Of a stretch of 64,000 bases of DNA, positions 49,870 through 63,500 are shown piece by piece. This stretch comes from Negaprion brevirostris (lineage: Eukaryota). Both the position numbers and the translations under genes were made by a program. The notes beneath the pieces are model-generated. The model worked only from the letters and a program-made list of their open reading frames with translations, was not told where the DNA came from and did not search any database. Where the stretch lies: positions 19,314,694-19,378,693 of the forward strand of contig JARDVH010000097.1 of assembly GCA_030324005.1 (NCBI GenBank), given 5' to 3'. The first letter of the stretch is position 1, and each line of letters begins with the position of its first letter.

Positions 49870-51578
49870 GAGGCCTAACACAGATTGAGTGACATATTGC
49901 TGACCGCCTCCCTTCTGTATGCAGGTGTGTACCTGAGATTCCGATGGTCCGCCACTTTAATTCTCCACCTTGCTCTAACACTGATACTGCTGTCCTCAAT
50001 CTGCCACATTGTTCGAGTAAGGCACAACATAAGCTTCAGGAGCAGCACCACATCTGTCAACTCGACATTTGCAGCCTTCTGGACTAAACACTCAACTCAA
50101 CAACTTCAGTCTATAAACTCTGTCCCCCCATTTTAGTTCCTCGGCCTTACTTGGCTGTTTTTTTTATTCATTCATGAGACATGGGCATCATTAGCTGGCC
50201 AGCATTTATTGCCCATCCCAAATTGCCCTTGAAAAGGTAGTAGTGAGCCACCTCCTTGAATCACTGCAGTCCATGTGTTGAGGGTTGGCTCACAATGCCA
50301 TTAGGTGAGGGAATTCCAGGATTTTGACCCAGTGACTGAGAAGGAACGGTGATATATTTCCAAGTCAGGATGTTGAGTGGCTTGGAGAGGAATTTACAGA
50401 TGGTGGTATCTGCTGCCCCTGTCCTTTTAGATGGAAGTGGTTTTGGGTTTGGAAGGTACTATCTAAGGATTTTTGGTGAATTGCTGCAGTGCATCTTGGA
50501 AATAGTACACACTGCTGCTACTGAGCGTCGGTGGTGGGGAGAGTATATATTTGTAGATATGGTGTCAATCAAGCAGGCTGCTTTGTCCTGGATGTTGTTC
50601 AGCTTCCTGAGTGTTGTTGGAGCTACACCCATCCCGGCAAGTGTGGAGTATTCCATCACAGTCCTAACTTGTGCCTTATAGATGGTGGATAGACTTTAGG
50701 GAGTCAGGAGGTGAATTAGTCCCTCAGTATTCCTAGCTTCTGACCTGCTTTTGTAGCCAATGATTTATGTGGCAAGTCCAGTTGAGCTTCTAGTCAATGG
50801 TAACCACAATGACATTGGGGGATTCAAATTTGGCAACACCTTTGAATGTCAAGAGGCAGTCTTTAGAGTGTATCTTATTGATGGTGGTCATTTCCTGGCA
50901 TTTTTGTGGCACAAATGTTTCTTGCCCCTTGTCAGCCCAAGCCTGGATATCATACATATCCTGTTGCATTTGAACATGGACTGCTGATGCCCTTGTGTAA
51001 AATTGGGTTTCTCTCAGTGTAAATGTATTCCTGAAACAACCATTTACACTACTACATCTGAGGAGAGACTAAGTCAGTATTAGGAGTCGTGAATGGTGCT
51101 GAATCTTGCACATTCGTCAGTGAACATGCCCACATCTGACCTTATGATGGAGGAAAGGTCATTAATGAAGCAGCTGAAGATGGCTGGGCCTAAGAAATTA
51201 CTCAGATGGACTTCTGCAGAGAAGACCTGGAGCTGAGATGACTGACCCTCCATAATCACAACGATCTTCCTGTGTGTCAGGTATTATTCCAATCAGTGCC
51301 ACGTTTGCCCGCTAATACCCATAGACTCTAGTTTCGCTTGTTTTTTTTTTCACTCAGTAGCACATCTACTCCAGGCACATCTTTTGGGTCCTTGTTTCTT
51401 TCCTTGCCAAACATCCATTCTCTTCGGCCTTAGAGGACTAACCTTTCTGTCATTTAATCTCTCCCCTCTTCCATCCATTCACAACCCCTTGTTTTGCCTT
51501 TGCCCCACCCATCCCTTGTTAAAACTCATTACCCATACCTTTCCGGATTCTGATCAAAGGTCAGGGACCTGAAAAGTA
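49870..51578 (+). mobile_element. Penelope-like element 3' part (GIY-YIG C-terminus) split by a LINE
   Basis: 49870-50110 gives RLPSVCRCVPEIPMVRHFNSPPCS...LPHCSSKAQHKLQEQHHI, typical of the Penelope endonuclease C-terminus; resumes at ~51350 and ends in a degenerate hammerhead ttctgatcaaaggtcagggacctgaaa. Confidence 0.7.
50155..51340 (-). mobile_element. CR1-group LINE 3' 1.2 kb
   Basis: MEYSTLAGMGVAPTTLRKLNNIQDKAACLI...HHRRSVAAVCTI LINE ORF2 C-terminus; ttttattcattcat tail at the left end. Confidence 0.85.
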
Positions 51579-51582
51579 TTGA

Positions 51583-51908
51583 GTGGCACAGTGGTTAGCA
51601 CTACTGCCTCACAGTGCCAGGGATCCAGCATTAATTCCTGCCTTGGGCCACTATCCATGAGGAGTCTGCACATTCTCCCTGTGTCTGCGTGGGTTTCCCC
51701 CGGGTGCTCCAATTTCCTCACACAGTCCAAAGATGTGCTGGTTAGGTTGATTGGCCACGGTAAAATTGCCCCTTGGTGTCGGTGGAATGGGCAGGAGGAA
51801 TGCATGGGGTTGTGGGCATGGGAACTGGGTGGAATTGCTGTCAGTGCAGGCTCAATGGGCCAAATGGCCTCCCTTCAACACTGAAGGGATTCTATGATTT
51901 TATGATCA
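51583..51908 (+). mobile_element. V-SINE (HE1-like)
   Basis: tRNA head, V core and gattctatgatt tail. Confidence 0.9.
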
Positions 51909-53499
51909 TTAAAAAGCATTCTCTTCTAACACTTTTTCCCCAGATAAATTAACCTACAAAATTATTTGTGAGATTTGAGAAATAAAATAAATCTATAAAG
52001 TTGACACTTAACGTAATGAGTAAAAGGTAGAGAAGGAAGATCTGTCACACATTTCTAGTAATGGATTGGAATGTGAATTGTCTTCAAAGTGCGACTGCGG
52101 TGTCCAGGAAGTCAAAACAGAGCTCTGTATGTCTTATCATCTGTGGTATGGGTAGCTGTTGTCTAAGAGAAAGGTTACATCCATTGTTTAGACCTTATCA
52201 AAGTGTAATTGTACCTCAATGCACCTTTTCCACTTCAACCCAAACTCATGACCCTTCTGGTGAGATCAGATTGAAAAGGCCTCTTAAAACCATCAAAAGA
52301 CTCAGTGACAGATTAAGACAGCTGTTTCATTTTTTTCTCCCTCTCTTCTCTGTAACCAAACCTTGTTTTTAATCATTGGCAATGGATTACATTCACGGCT
52401 CAGTTTCACACTTCAAAAAGTCTTAGGTTTCTGCCATTGTGCGCTGCCACTGTCATGGAGTCGACACAAATTCACTCATTCATCCAAGATAGACAAAGAC
52501 AACTGCGAGGCAGGACATCGCATATAATACAATGAAAGGGGTGCAAAAAACAGTCTAATGACTATTTATATGAGCAATCACTTTATGTGGCTGCATAGAT
52601 AACATACATGTTTTATATACTGGCGCATCGTCTCTCGAGTATGAAGGTTTGTGCAATCGGATCCACTTTTGCAAAGGATTTTTGTGCGTGTTACCTTCTG
52701 TTTGCTCTCAAAAATTATTCTCCTCATTACTTTTTTGGTGAGCATCCAGTTACCTGTGTTCGCCTTTTCTTGTAACTTCTACGATCTTCCTGGGAGGCTG
52801 TGCTCTAAAGTAGGAAAATCAGTCTTTCAAAGCAGCATCTTTGAAGCACATAGTAAAATATAGCAGCAAAAAAGGTTTGCTAGACTTCCAGATGGTCCAT
52901 CTGCTGCATAAAGCTATGGAATACTGTAATTAAATGGTAAAGTGGCCTATAATTACTAACACCCATAAAGTGTGATTATTTTGAAACACAACAAAAGGCT
53001 GCAATGTGAAACATTTATAGGCTTGAAAATATTTAGCTTCAGCACATTGTGAGCAATTATTTGAACAAGAGGTATTAAGACCGATGGTGACACAATCCCC
53101 ACAAATTAAAGCAAAGGACCTTCCGTTATGAAGAACTCACATTTTGAGAAACTTCTCATTGCACCTTTCAATTTGCCCAGTGCAGTCTCGCTGTCCTCAA
53201 TACAAGCAACACAATGAAGACGATCGCTATCATTTTGTTTCGGTTATTGTGATGAGGCGATACACTACACCATCTGATCTGCACATCCTAGGGCCAACAA
53301 TTCTTATTATTGTTGGCAAAATAGAGGCTTAGTGTCGCCTCAGCTCAATTTTGGATTTAATGATAGGTTCCCATTTCCACTAATTTTATGTNNNNNNNNN
53401 NNNNNNNNNNNNNNNNNNNNNNNNNNNNNNNNTCCCCTTCAGCACCACAAACATGTCAATAAGATAGTAAGATCAGTATAAGTCTTCAGAATTCTCAAT

Positions 53500-54321
53500 G
53501 GGCCAGATCTTATGGCCAGCAATGAATAAATAACGTCTGATTTTCTGCAGACGCGGGGTTTTGCACTGGAATTTGCAGTAATTAGTGAGCCATTTTGAAG
53601 CAGCAAGTTCCCTTCACAGGTGACCTGTGTGAACAAGAAAACCAAATGTGTATCTTATTAATCAATCAAATTGAAAAATCGTTACTCAACAGCACAGTGT
53701 ATAAACCAGGAAGTGTCTGTGAGACTATGCAATGTCAAATCAGGTACACAAAAAAAGACAGGAAACTAAAATTTCCTGCAATTCCCACCTGCAGGATCTT
53801 CCACCAACTGAAATCCCCACCCCCAACCCCTCTGCCAGCGGCTCCCTGCGATGAAGATTGCGAACAGCCGGGATATGGAAAATCCCACCCATAGAAATTG
53901 TGAGAGAAAAAGAGAGAAATAAAAGGGAGAAAAAAGTCATGTTTTGCCAAATTCTTTCATTTTTAAAAATCACCAACAATGTTTAAAATTTGAGGAAATG
54001 AGAATCTAAATGTGTGCAAATTATTTTTCCGCACTGGGAAGACATTGGCTTTGAAACTTACCTCACCATTAAAAATTAACTTACACTGGAATGGACAAGT
54101 GCCCATCTTTTTGAGCCAGATTAGTATCCATCATGTCAGCACAACAATCTCAGGCCCTTCCATGTCTTTCAATAGTGAGTCCTGGGCGCAATATTGCTGC
54201 AGCAAAGCAATTTCCATGTTTAACTGAACATGTATGGTTGCCGGATGCTTCTGTTCAATTTACATTTAAATAACCTCAAGCACTGATAACCTCACTGTTA
54301 TTTTTGTCTTAAAATCTGGGC
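53500..54321. mobile_element. Possible non-autonomous DNA transposon (Harbinger-like MITE)
   Basis: Imperfect terminal inverted repeats gggccagatctta / taaaatctgggc; a similar terminus gggccagatttta occurs at 1821. Confidence 0.35.
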
Positions 54322-54629
54322 TATTATTTCCAGCCTCGCTATATGATTTCCGCTGATCAAACCTACTAACAGATGGTAACTGTAGTGCTGTCGGATTCAA
54401 GTCTGTCAAGTGGAAGTGACCAATTTAATACATTGACAGCCTCGACGACACTTGCCTGTTTGTCAGGTTTGCTTTCGGATTTGAGGACTAATTTCCGGTT
54501 TTAGGGAGCTGCAGACAATATGAGCAGAATTAGCCCTGCATAAGGAGCATATCTCTGCCAGGTGCTATCTGGAAGCGGTAAGAGCAAGAAGACAAATGTT
54601 GGGAGGGCCCTGAAACATGAGAGGATGGA

Positions 54630-55480
54630 GTTAGAAACATAGAAACATAAGCAGGAGAAGCATTTGGCCCTTCGAGCTTGCTCCGTCATTCATTTTGATC
54701 ATATCTGATCAACAAAATCAATTTCCTGATTTTCCCTTCTNNNNNNNNNNNNNNNNNNNNNNNNNNNNNNNNNNNNNNNNNNNNNNNNNNNNNNNNNNNN
54801 NNNNNNNNNNNNNNNNNNNNNNNNNNNNNNNNNNNNNNNNNNNNNNNNNNNNNNNNNNNNNNNNNNNNNNNNNNNNNNNNNNNNNNNNNNNNNNNNNNNN
54901 NNNNNNNNNNNNNNNNNNNNNNNNNNNNNNNNNNNNNNNNNNNNNNNNNNNNNNNNNNNNNNNNNNNNNNNNNNNNNNNNNNNNNNNNNNNNNNNNNNNN
55001 NNNNNNNNNNNNNNNNNNNNNNNNNNNNNNNNNNNNNNNNNNNNNNNNNNNNNNNNNNNNNNNNNNNNNNNNNNNNNNNNNNNNNNNNNNNNNNNNNNNN
55101 NNNNNNNNNNNNNNNNNNNNNNNNNNNNNNNNNNNNCATCCTTCCTCAGATAAGGATATCAAGATTGCACACAAAACTCCACATGTGTCCTTATCAACAC
55201 CCTATGGAACTGCAGTGGAACATCCTTAATCCTATACTCAAATACTCTCACTATAAAGGCCAACATATAATCTGCCTTCTTTACTGCCTGCTGAAACTGC
55301 ATGCTTATTTTCAATGAATGATACATGAGGACACCAAGTCTTATTGAGTGTTCAACTCTTTCAATTTACACCCATTCAAATAATAATCTGCCTTCCTATT
55401 ATTGCTTGCAAAGTGGATAACCTCACATTTATCCACATTATACTGCATCTGCCATGCAAATGCCCACTCACTTAGCCTGT
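54630..55480 (-). mobile_element. CR1 LINE 3' part spanning a gap
   Basis: RLSEWAFAWQMQYNVDKCEVIHFASNNRKADYYLNG; (tagaaaca)n tail. Confidence 0.9.
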
Positions 55481-55990
55481 TGTAAGAGGTTTCCTGCAAG
55501 ACTTGAGAAAAGAGATTTAGACACAAATTCCAGTTGGAAGGGTTAGCGAGCCTGTCCATCCATTTATAAATTGAGTGTACTTATTGGAGGGATGGGGGAT
55601 CAGGGAAATGGAGCTTGGAGTCAAAATTAAAAGGGGGAGGTCATTGATTTCTTAACTTGGCTGCCATTGAACATCGTCACTCACAGTTCCCTTGTTCCGG
55701 AGTGGGCAGAGATAACAGTCACAGATCCAGTGCCACTTCTTTCCATGAGGATCACTGTGATACAATTCAAAATTCTCCTCATAAGCCCAGCGAGTGGTCT
55801 CTCCTGCATTCCAGTGGAGCTGTAAGTCTGTACACGAAAATAATTTTTTCTCCTGCCATCACTTGTCTCTGCTCCCCCATGTTGAGTGAGGCCAAAGCTG
55901 TGACGAAGTAGTGAAAAATCCCGGAAGAAACTTTGAAAAGGAAGCATTTCTGTTGAACACTGGAGGTGAAAACCTAAACCATCCACCTTT

Positions 55991-56303
55991 GGCACCGGTG
56001 GTACGGTGGCACAGTGGTTAGCACTGCTGCCCCACAGTGCCAGGGACCTGGGTTCAATTCCTGGTGTGGCTCATTGTCTGTGAGAAGTCTTCATATTCAC
56101 CCCATGTCTGCGTGGGTTTCCACTGGGTGCTCCAGTTTCATCCCACAGTTTGAAAAAAATATGCTAGTTAGGTGCATTGGCCATGCTAAATTCTCCCTTA
56201 GTGTACCTGAAGAGGTGGTGGAGTGTGGCGACCAGGCGATTTTCACTGTAACTTCATTGCAGTGTTAACGTAAGCCTACTTGTGACACCAATAAATAAGC
56301 TTT
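55991..56303 (+). mobile_element. V-SINE variant with alternative tail
   Basis: Head + V core + ttcattgcagtgttaacgtaagcctacttgtgacaccaataaataa. Confidence 0.9.
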
Positions 56304-56400
56304 TTTCTGTAAACCGCAAGCCTTTAAACGCTGTAGCGCTAAGTTCTGCACTCTCCAGTGATTTATCCCATATTATCATGTCAGACTCACAAAATTTTAG

Positions 56401-56742
56401 GGGCTGCAGGATGGCGTAGTAGTTAGCACTGCTGCCTCACAGCATCTGGGACCTGAGTTCAATTCCGATCTTGGGTGACTGTGTGTGGAATTTGCTTATT
56501 CTTCCTGTGACTCCAGGGGTTTCCTCTGGGCGCTCCAGCTTCCTCCCACAGTCCAAAGATGTGTGTGTTAGTTTGATTGGCCATGCTAAATTGCTGCTTA
56601 GTTCAGGGGGATTAGCAGAGTAAATAAATGGTATTTCGGGGATAGGGTCTGGGTGGGAGTGTATTTGATGCAAGTTTGATGGGCTGAATAGCTTCCTTCT
56701 GTACTATGGATCCTATGAGTCTATGATTCTATGATTCTATAT
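56401..56742 (+). mobile_element. V-SINE (HE1-like)
   Basis: Head + V core + (ctatgatt)n tail. Confidence 0.9.
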
Positions 56743-57049
56743 TAGATTTGCTCTCTGGTCACCCAGTCATTACTTATATGAGTTAAATGAGTCATCAAAT
56801 TTGATGAGAGGTGTTATGTCATTCACAGGTGGGTAGAAATCCTGCTTGACTGGCACTTCTGATGAGCAAACAGATAATTTGTGCTAACAAGCATGACTGA
56901 GGCTTCTATCCTTGCACTGGTGGCTGCCTCTCAACAGTAGGAATCCTTCTGGTTTCCAATTGTGGATATGGGAGAAGCACCAAGCCTGGAAAATGGGTCA
57001 CGTTATTGCAGGTACGGAGGGTGGGTGAATGCCCCACCTTACAGGAACG

Positions 57050-57245
57050 CTTCTGCACCTCAAGAAGGCTCCTTCCGCAGCACCTTCTGAAGGCACAATC
57101 TCTGGCAGCTTGAAGGACAAGGATGCTACTACTTGGGAACATCACCAACTGCAAGCTCCCCATCTAGTCTGACTTAAAACTGTATCACCAGTCTTTCACT
57201 TCTGCCGGGTCAAAATCCTGGAACTTCCTTCCCATCAGCACTCTT
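57050..57245 (+). mobile_element. CR1-group LINE fragment
   Basis: gggtcaaaatcctggaacttccttccc is the reverse complement of 50305-50332. Confidence 0.6.
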
Positions 57246-57251
57246 AGACGT

Positions 57252-57510
57252 TTAAAGTTTATTTATTAGTGCCACAAGTAGGCTTGCATTAACACTGCAA
57301 TGAAGTTACTGTGAAAATCCCCTACTTCCAATATTCTGGCACCTGTTCAGGCACACTGAGGGAGAACTTAGCATGGCCAATACGCCTAACCAGCACATCT
57401 TTCTGACTATGAGAGGAAACCAGAGCACTCATACAGACAGATAGTGAGTCAAGCTAGGAATCAAATTCGGGTCCCTGGCGCTGTGAGGCAGCAGTGCTAC
57501 CGTGCTGCCC
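57252..57510 (-). mobile_element. V-SINE variant with alternative tail
   Basis: Reverse complement of the 55991-56303 type. Confidence 0.85.
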
Positions 57511-59414
57511 TAGAAGAAGTTAAAGTAGAAGTATTAAAACCAGTTCTATCTCCTGGGTAGCTATACTAATGCAATGTTCCTCCTATCTCCGGAGTGAAAG
57601 TCAGTTCTTCTGACATTTTCAATTGTCACCTCCCCCATCCTTGATCCTTCGCATGCATGGAACCTTGCCAAAACCCAACCACCCACCTCCTTCTCTGCTG
57701 CCCCTGATCCAAGTCCCAGCAGGTGGCCTATGGGCTACCTAGTCTTCACTTGCCAGCAGTAGACCTGCCTGTTTAAATTCCTCATCATTAATTTCAGTTT
57801 GACTTACTGCCCTTTATGAGCAGGGTCTTCAACGAGTTGCCTTATTGTTCCCTTAACTCTCTCGAAAATTTGTACTGAATGTCTTGTATTTCATGTCACC
57901 TTATTCAGCCTCTTTTGTTCCACTCAAGTCTAATACAGGTTTCAGTTACAGTGAGCGTTTTGATAAAGTAGCAGATAATATGTTATTCATTATTTCACCT
58001 TTCTTATGAGCACTGTGTGCTGTTAGGAGAAATGGTAAAAATCCTCCAGATTTAAAAAACAATGATAATCATTGAAAGAAAATCTGGGGAAAGTTAGTTC
58101 ATACAATTCAGTGCAGAAAATGTATACAAGTCTCAATAACAGAAAAGGATTAAAGATCCTCTGATCTCTCAAGAACCTCCTTCATTCTGGAAAATTGCCT
58201 TAGGCTCCATCCAACTGGGCCAGCCCAAGTTTATACTAAGTGGATAGAAATTTGTACTGAGTTGCATTTCAGTGGATTTCAGGAATTAACTGAAGTCATG
58301 GATCTTTTTTTTGTCAGACAGTTTCAAGCCATTTTAAAACATTTGCCAGAAAATTACATTTCCCGCTCAACAGTATGACAGATGCAGGAGAGTTTTCTTT
58401 TTCCCCAGCGTCTCAGATCCTCTATCACTGCATCTTGTGCCTAGAAAAAAAACACTCAAGCATCTGTTTAATATTGCAGTAAAGGTACAATTCGAGTAAA
58501 CTGCCTCACAAAGCTAATTAGTCACACATTCTGACCAGGCCTCAGGATGTTGGTTTTGCTGATTGGACAAATGACCACAGACATAATCCAGTTAGCCATC
58601 CAACCCCAATCAAACCGTTAATCAGGGTAAATGTCTGCAGTCCCTCTGACATTATGCAAAAAACTGTAATAATATGCTTTAGACTTTATCCTTTGCAACA
58701 GAGAGCAGGCAATTCTCAAGATGTCAGTTTATAATGAAGGTGACGTTCCTATTGGACAGGACTTCCCCATTCTTCAAATCACATATGTTCACCCTGTGTC
58801 ACAGGTCACTTCTGATTTTCTCTTATAGATTTCCTGTTCTATTTCTTATCCATGATGATTCTATATCAAGAAAAACAAATGTAATTTCTGAAAAGACTGA
58901 TACATCACCTGAATATGTTTTCGGAGATGTTTGGGGAGCAGAGTTTTCAGTATGATGTTGTGTTGCATACCTGAAAAAGCTGCCACATCTGTTAGTAGTT
59001 CTTTAACTCAACTTATTATTATTTTACTTCTATCTTTCCTAGCCAATATGATCAGCATGACTCAATCTCAATTCCAATGTTTAAAGGATCCATTCAAAGA
59101 TGGAATTGGGAGGAGATTCAAACAGTACAAGAGGAATGTCCAAGTGGACAAAGACTGTGCCACACTTCAATGGTGGCACCCCTTGATGTACAGCTCTGAG
59201 GGTTGTAAGGTCATGTTCTTTTCCAGTGATGGAGCGGGGGGTACCTGCAGAAGACTAGGTCTGGGCGAGTTCAGCAGCAGGAAGTTAGTTAAGTGCCAGG
59301 ATCCCGGAGTCAGTGCAGGTATCACTTTGTTGTCTAACCCAGGTCAGGATAGCTTAGTGCTGCATCTGGTATGTTGTGTATCTGGACTTTCAAATGAGAT
59401 GAGTAAGCAAAGTT

Positions 59415-60328
59415 AAGGCTCATGTTATTGGGGGCAATATATTGAGGTGGGCAGAGAACTGGTTGATAGACAGGAAGCAGAGAGTGAGAATAAACAGGCC
59501 CTTATCAGAATGGCAGGCAGTGACTAGTGGGGTCTGATTTAATTTGGTTTGATTTATTATTGCCACATGTATTAGTATACAATGAAAAGTTTTTTTTTGC
59601 ACTGTATACAGACAGAGAATACCATTCATAGTCAAAGAAAAGAGAGCGTGCAGAATGCAATGTTGCAGTCATAGCTAGAATGTGGAGAAAGATCAACTTA
59701 ATGCAAAGTAGGTTATTCAAGAGTCTGATGGCAGCAGGGAAGAAGTTGTTCTTGAGTCGATTGATACGTGACCTCAGACTTTTGTATTTTTTTCCTGATG
59801 GAAGAAGGTGGAAGAGAAAATGTCTGGGGTGCATGGGGTCATTAATTACGCTGGCTGCTTTGCCAAGACAATGGGAAGTGTAGACAGAGTCAATGGATGG
59901 AAAGCTTGTTTGCGTGATGGATTTGGCTACATTCACAATCTTTTGTAGTTTCTTGTGGTCTTGGATAGAGCAGGAGCCATACCAAGCAGTGACACAAACA
60001 TATCGAATGCTTTCTCTGGTACATTCGTAAAAGTTGGTGAGAATCATAGATGGCATGNNNNNNNNNNNNNNNNNNNNNNNNNNNNNNNNNNNNNNNNNNN
60101 NNNNNNNNNNNNNNNNNNNNNNNNNNNNNNNNNNNNNNNNNNNNNNNNNNNNNNNNNNNNNNNNNNNNNNNNNNNNNNNNNNNNNNNNNNNNNNNNNNGT
60201 TGTCTCTGTACGGTACCATAGGGTTCACTGCTGGGACCCCAGCTATTCACAATAGACATTGATGATTTGGACGAAGGAATTGAATGCAATATCTCCAAAT
60301 TTGCAGATGACACTAAGGTGGGTGGCAG
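59415..60328 (+). mobile_element. CR1 RT fragment interrupted by a Rex1-type LINE
   Basis: WAENWLIDRKQRVRINR..SEWQAVTSG continues after the insert as V(P)[35 protein letters not shown]. Confidence 0.85.
59536..60057 (-). mobile_element. Rex1/Babar-type LINE 3' end
   Basis: LTNFYECTRES...AWYGSCS...LFHLLPSGKKYKSLRSRINRLKNNFFPAAIRLLN; tail matches 44800-44825. Confidence 0.9.
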
Positions 60329-60351
60329 ATGGACTGGCTTAAACTCAGATT

Positions 60352-60512
60352 GAATCATAGAATCCCTACAGTGTAGAAGAGGCCATCTGGATTCGCAAGT
60401 CTGCACTGAACAGTGACTCTCTGACAGAGTATTTTACCCAGGTCCTCATCCCCGCTCTATCCCTGTAATCCCACACATTTAGCATGGCCAATCCATCTAA
60501 CCTACACATCTT
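60352..60512 (-). mobile_element. V-SINE 3' fragment
   Basis: gaatcatagaatccctacagtgtagaagaggccat...agcatggccaatccatctaacctacacatctt. Confidence 0.75.
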
Positions 60513-63500
60513 GCTAGGGAGATAGATGGAATTCGTAGCTCAGGAGCAGGGAATATACTCCAACCATTTAGCAAACACTTTCTGTTCTATTCTTTCATTG
60601 GTCTTTTCTTTTTCTCATTTGTTGGAGAATATAACACAGAACATGAGGGACAGAGAGAGAGAGAGACAGAGAACCAGATGTTGTCCTGCATCCATTTCCT
60701 AGTTCTCACAAGGAGATGTGGAGGTGTTGGACATAAGCAGAGATTTAATTTCTTGACCACTGGGGATCAGGAGATGGGAATCAATTACCTGGAGATACAA
60801 TTGAAAATCAATGCGCCACATATCATAAGGCAGTCAGTCATTTTGACCTTGTTTCAAGATTGAGTGAGATATAATCATTATGAAGATATTCGCATCTTGT
60901 GAGAACTGATCAATATATTTTCTCTCCAACAGAAGAAGTCATTCAAGGTCACGAATGTTGATTGCTCAGAGGGACTCAATCCTTCTGAGAGTGTACTGTC
61001 ATAGGACATATGTTAATCAAGCATTATGTCTGATGCATACATGTCAGTTAATTCGATAAGTGGGTTTTCACCTAGTTACTCACATTTTACAAGCAGATAA
61101 GAACGGATGATGGCAGAGACAACAATGAAGAGTCTCTCAGAAGATACTGACTTCACTCAGTCTGTACAACTGGACACAGAAGCTGTAACCCAGAGGCCAT
61201 TGGTGCAAAAGTGAATCATTAACCAGCAACAGATAACGTCCAGTGCACTGACAGGTCTTCATAGCACACTGACCATAGTTGCAGAAAGAAAAGAGGAGGC
61301 CACCTCTGGTAGCTTGACGTCAAGGTGCATAAATAGAGTGCCCAGATTTAAGAAACACCAACTGCAGCAGTCACATGTGTCCATACATATCTCAATCATG
61401 GCCACTCAGACGCTGGCTGATAACATGCCTGCAATCTTAAAAAGGAGCACAGACACCTCTGTCTGATCGTATCACACTGATCTGGAACAAAGTTTCCTCC
61501 ACCACAGTGGTAGCTGTGAAAAATGATTGGGCCATGCCTGAGAAGATGACAAAAGAGGACATGGAAGTGAGGACTCCACTCAAGCAGTTTCCACTTCTCA
61601 CCCTTGGCACATCACCACCTCACAGCCAGGACATGATCTGCTGCTTCATCGTGCAATCGCCAAGTTTGCTGCTGTACAGTTGGAAGTGGAGCAGTCTTTG
61701 GTTGAGATCCAGAACTCAGAGGCTGTAAGCCAAGGGCACCTCAGCAGTCAGAACAGGGATCTGCTGAATGCCAAGTTGCTTCCTCATGTTGAAGATCTGC
61801 TGTCTTCTCTCTCAACAATAGGATCCTGCTGCTGCTGTGGCTGTGGCTGCTAATGATGGGTCACTTTGCTCCGTCCATATTCAATCTAAGGCAGCTATAA
61901 TGCTCCTCACCCTCATGTGACTCAGAAAGCCTCCAAACTATAGAAAGTAACCTCTTGGCAAAAGCACTATGAATAAAACATTTCCCACCAGTAAGAAGGC
62001 AAACAACTGATGGCCATATCTCCCTGGGATAGATCCATTTCCCTTCACCTGGTGTTCTCACCTTGGTTTTATTTGTGACTTTCAAGGAACCAGGAAACCA
62101 TTGGGTATGCTATTAAATGTAAAAGCATGTTAAAATATTTCTCCTATTTGGCATTTAGCATATGTTGACACGCTAGCTTCCTCTCCCAAACATGTTATCT
62201 GCACACAGCTAAGCACGCCAGTTAAACTCCAAAATCAATTTTTGTCAATTTTATCACCACAATCATATCAAATCGATACCTCATCCAGATTAGGATTCAC
62301 TTCATCTGTCAGAAAAACAGATTGTCTGGTTCTACTCTTCCAGAACTGGATTTTGTAGATTGAGCAACTTGTCATTGTCATCATTAGTGACCCGAAATGA
62401 GGATGACGTCTTCCAGGTTTCATCTGTGTGTCCTGAGGTGACTCAGCAAACAATCCTGGAGACCCAGATCTTTGGGCAAAGAGGACAAAAATAGTCTTGA
62501 AAAAGGGGGTTTGGAGCCAGTGTTCTGCACTCCTTCCATTTTAGTCGCTTCTCCGCAACAGAATTCATTCAATTAGTTCCAAGGAAAACTGGCAGTCATG
62601 TGTTATGTCTTGTTGGATGAGACTCCATCACAAGGCATGGATAGCGACAAGTCCCTCTCATGCACCAATATCAATTTGTCCCTTCACAACAAGACCTTAA
62701 AATATTTTCTCCACTCTCTTTGAGATCAGATGATAGCCTGAAGTTGCGAAAAGCTTATTATTTGGCATGTGTTGATTGCAGAAGATAGGAATTCCATCTT
62801 CACTTGTACAGATGTCCCACCTTGGAGTGATTCTGGCCAATTAGATTGGCTGGCAGCTGTCAAGGACCTCCAGGCACATCGCTGCAGTGGCCGGAAGAAG
62901 CACTACAGCAACGTGTCTGGAACTAAGTGTTGGGGCATGGAGACAGGTAAGTGCAGCTGTCATGTGGAGGAGACGATAGAGGCACCTAAGGGGCTCAAGA
63001 GGGGGTTACTGGATTCATGGGGGATAGGTCAAGTGGATGAAAAGTTGGGTAGTTTCTGTCCCTCCAGGGAATGATGCCCACAGTCAAAAAGGTGCTTCTG
63101 ATGGAAGTGGCCCAACTCCTTCCCGCCAAAAATGTAGCTTTGATTTTTTTTCTCTCTTTCCCTCCCCCAACCTGTCATTCGTCTACCAGTGTAAAAATTG
63201 AGGTTGGATGGATAAAAGCCCTTAAGTGGTCATTAAGTGGCCACTCAATGTCATTCGTGGGGGAAAGGGAAGGCTATCTCCTTGAGGTCTTGTCCACCCC
63301 ACTGTAAAATTGCTTCCACTTAAGGATGGGTGGGTGGGATCCCCAAAGAGAATCCTATCCATCAGTTTTATACTCCCCACCAACTCAAAACCTGTAGAGA
63401 TTGTTGGGGGGGGGGGGGGTTCGTGGTTTGGCAGGGTCCTAAAATTCTGGCCATTAACTCTGTTGTTCTCTCTACCAATGCTGCCTGACCTGCTGAATAT

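Noticed and set aside
58931-59416. 161 aa ORF
   Set aside because: Non-ATG start, no recognisable domain and no supporting exon structure.
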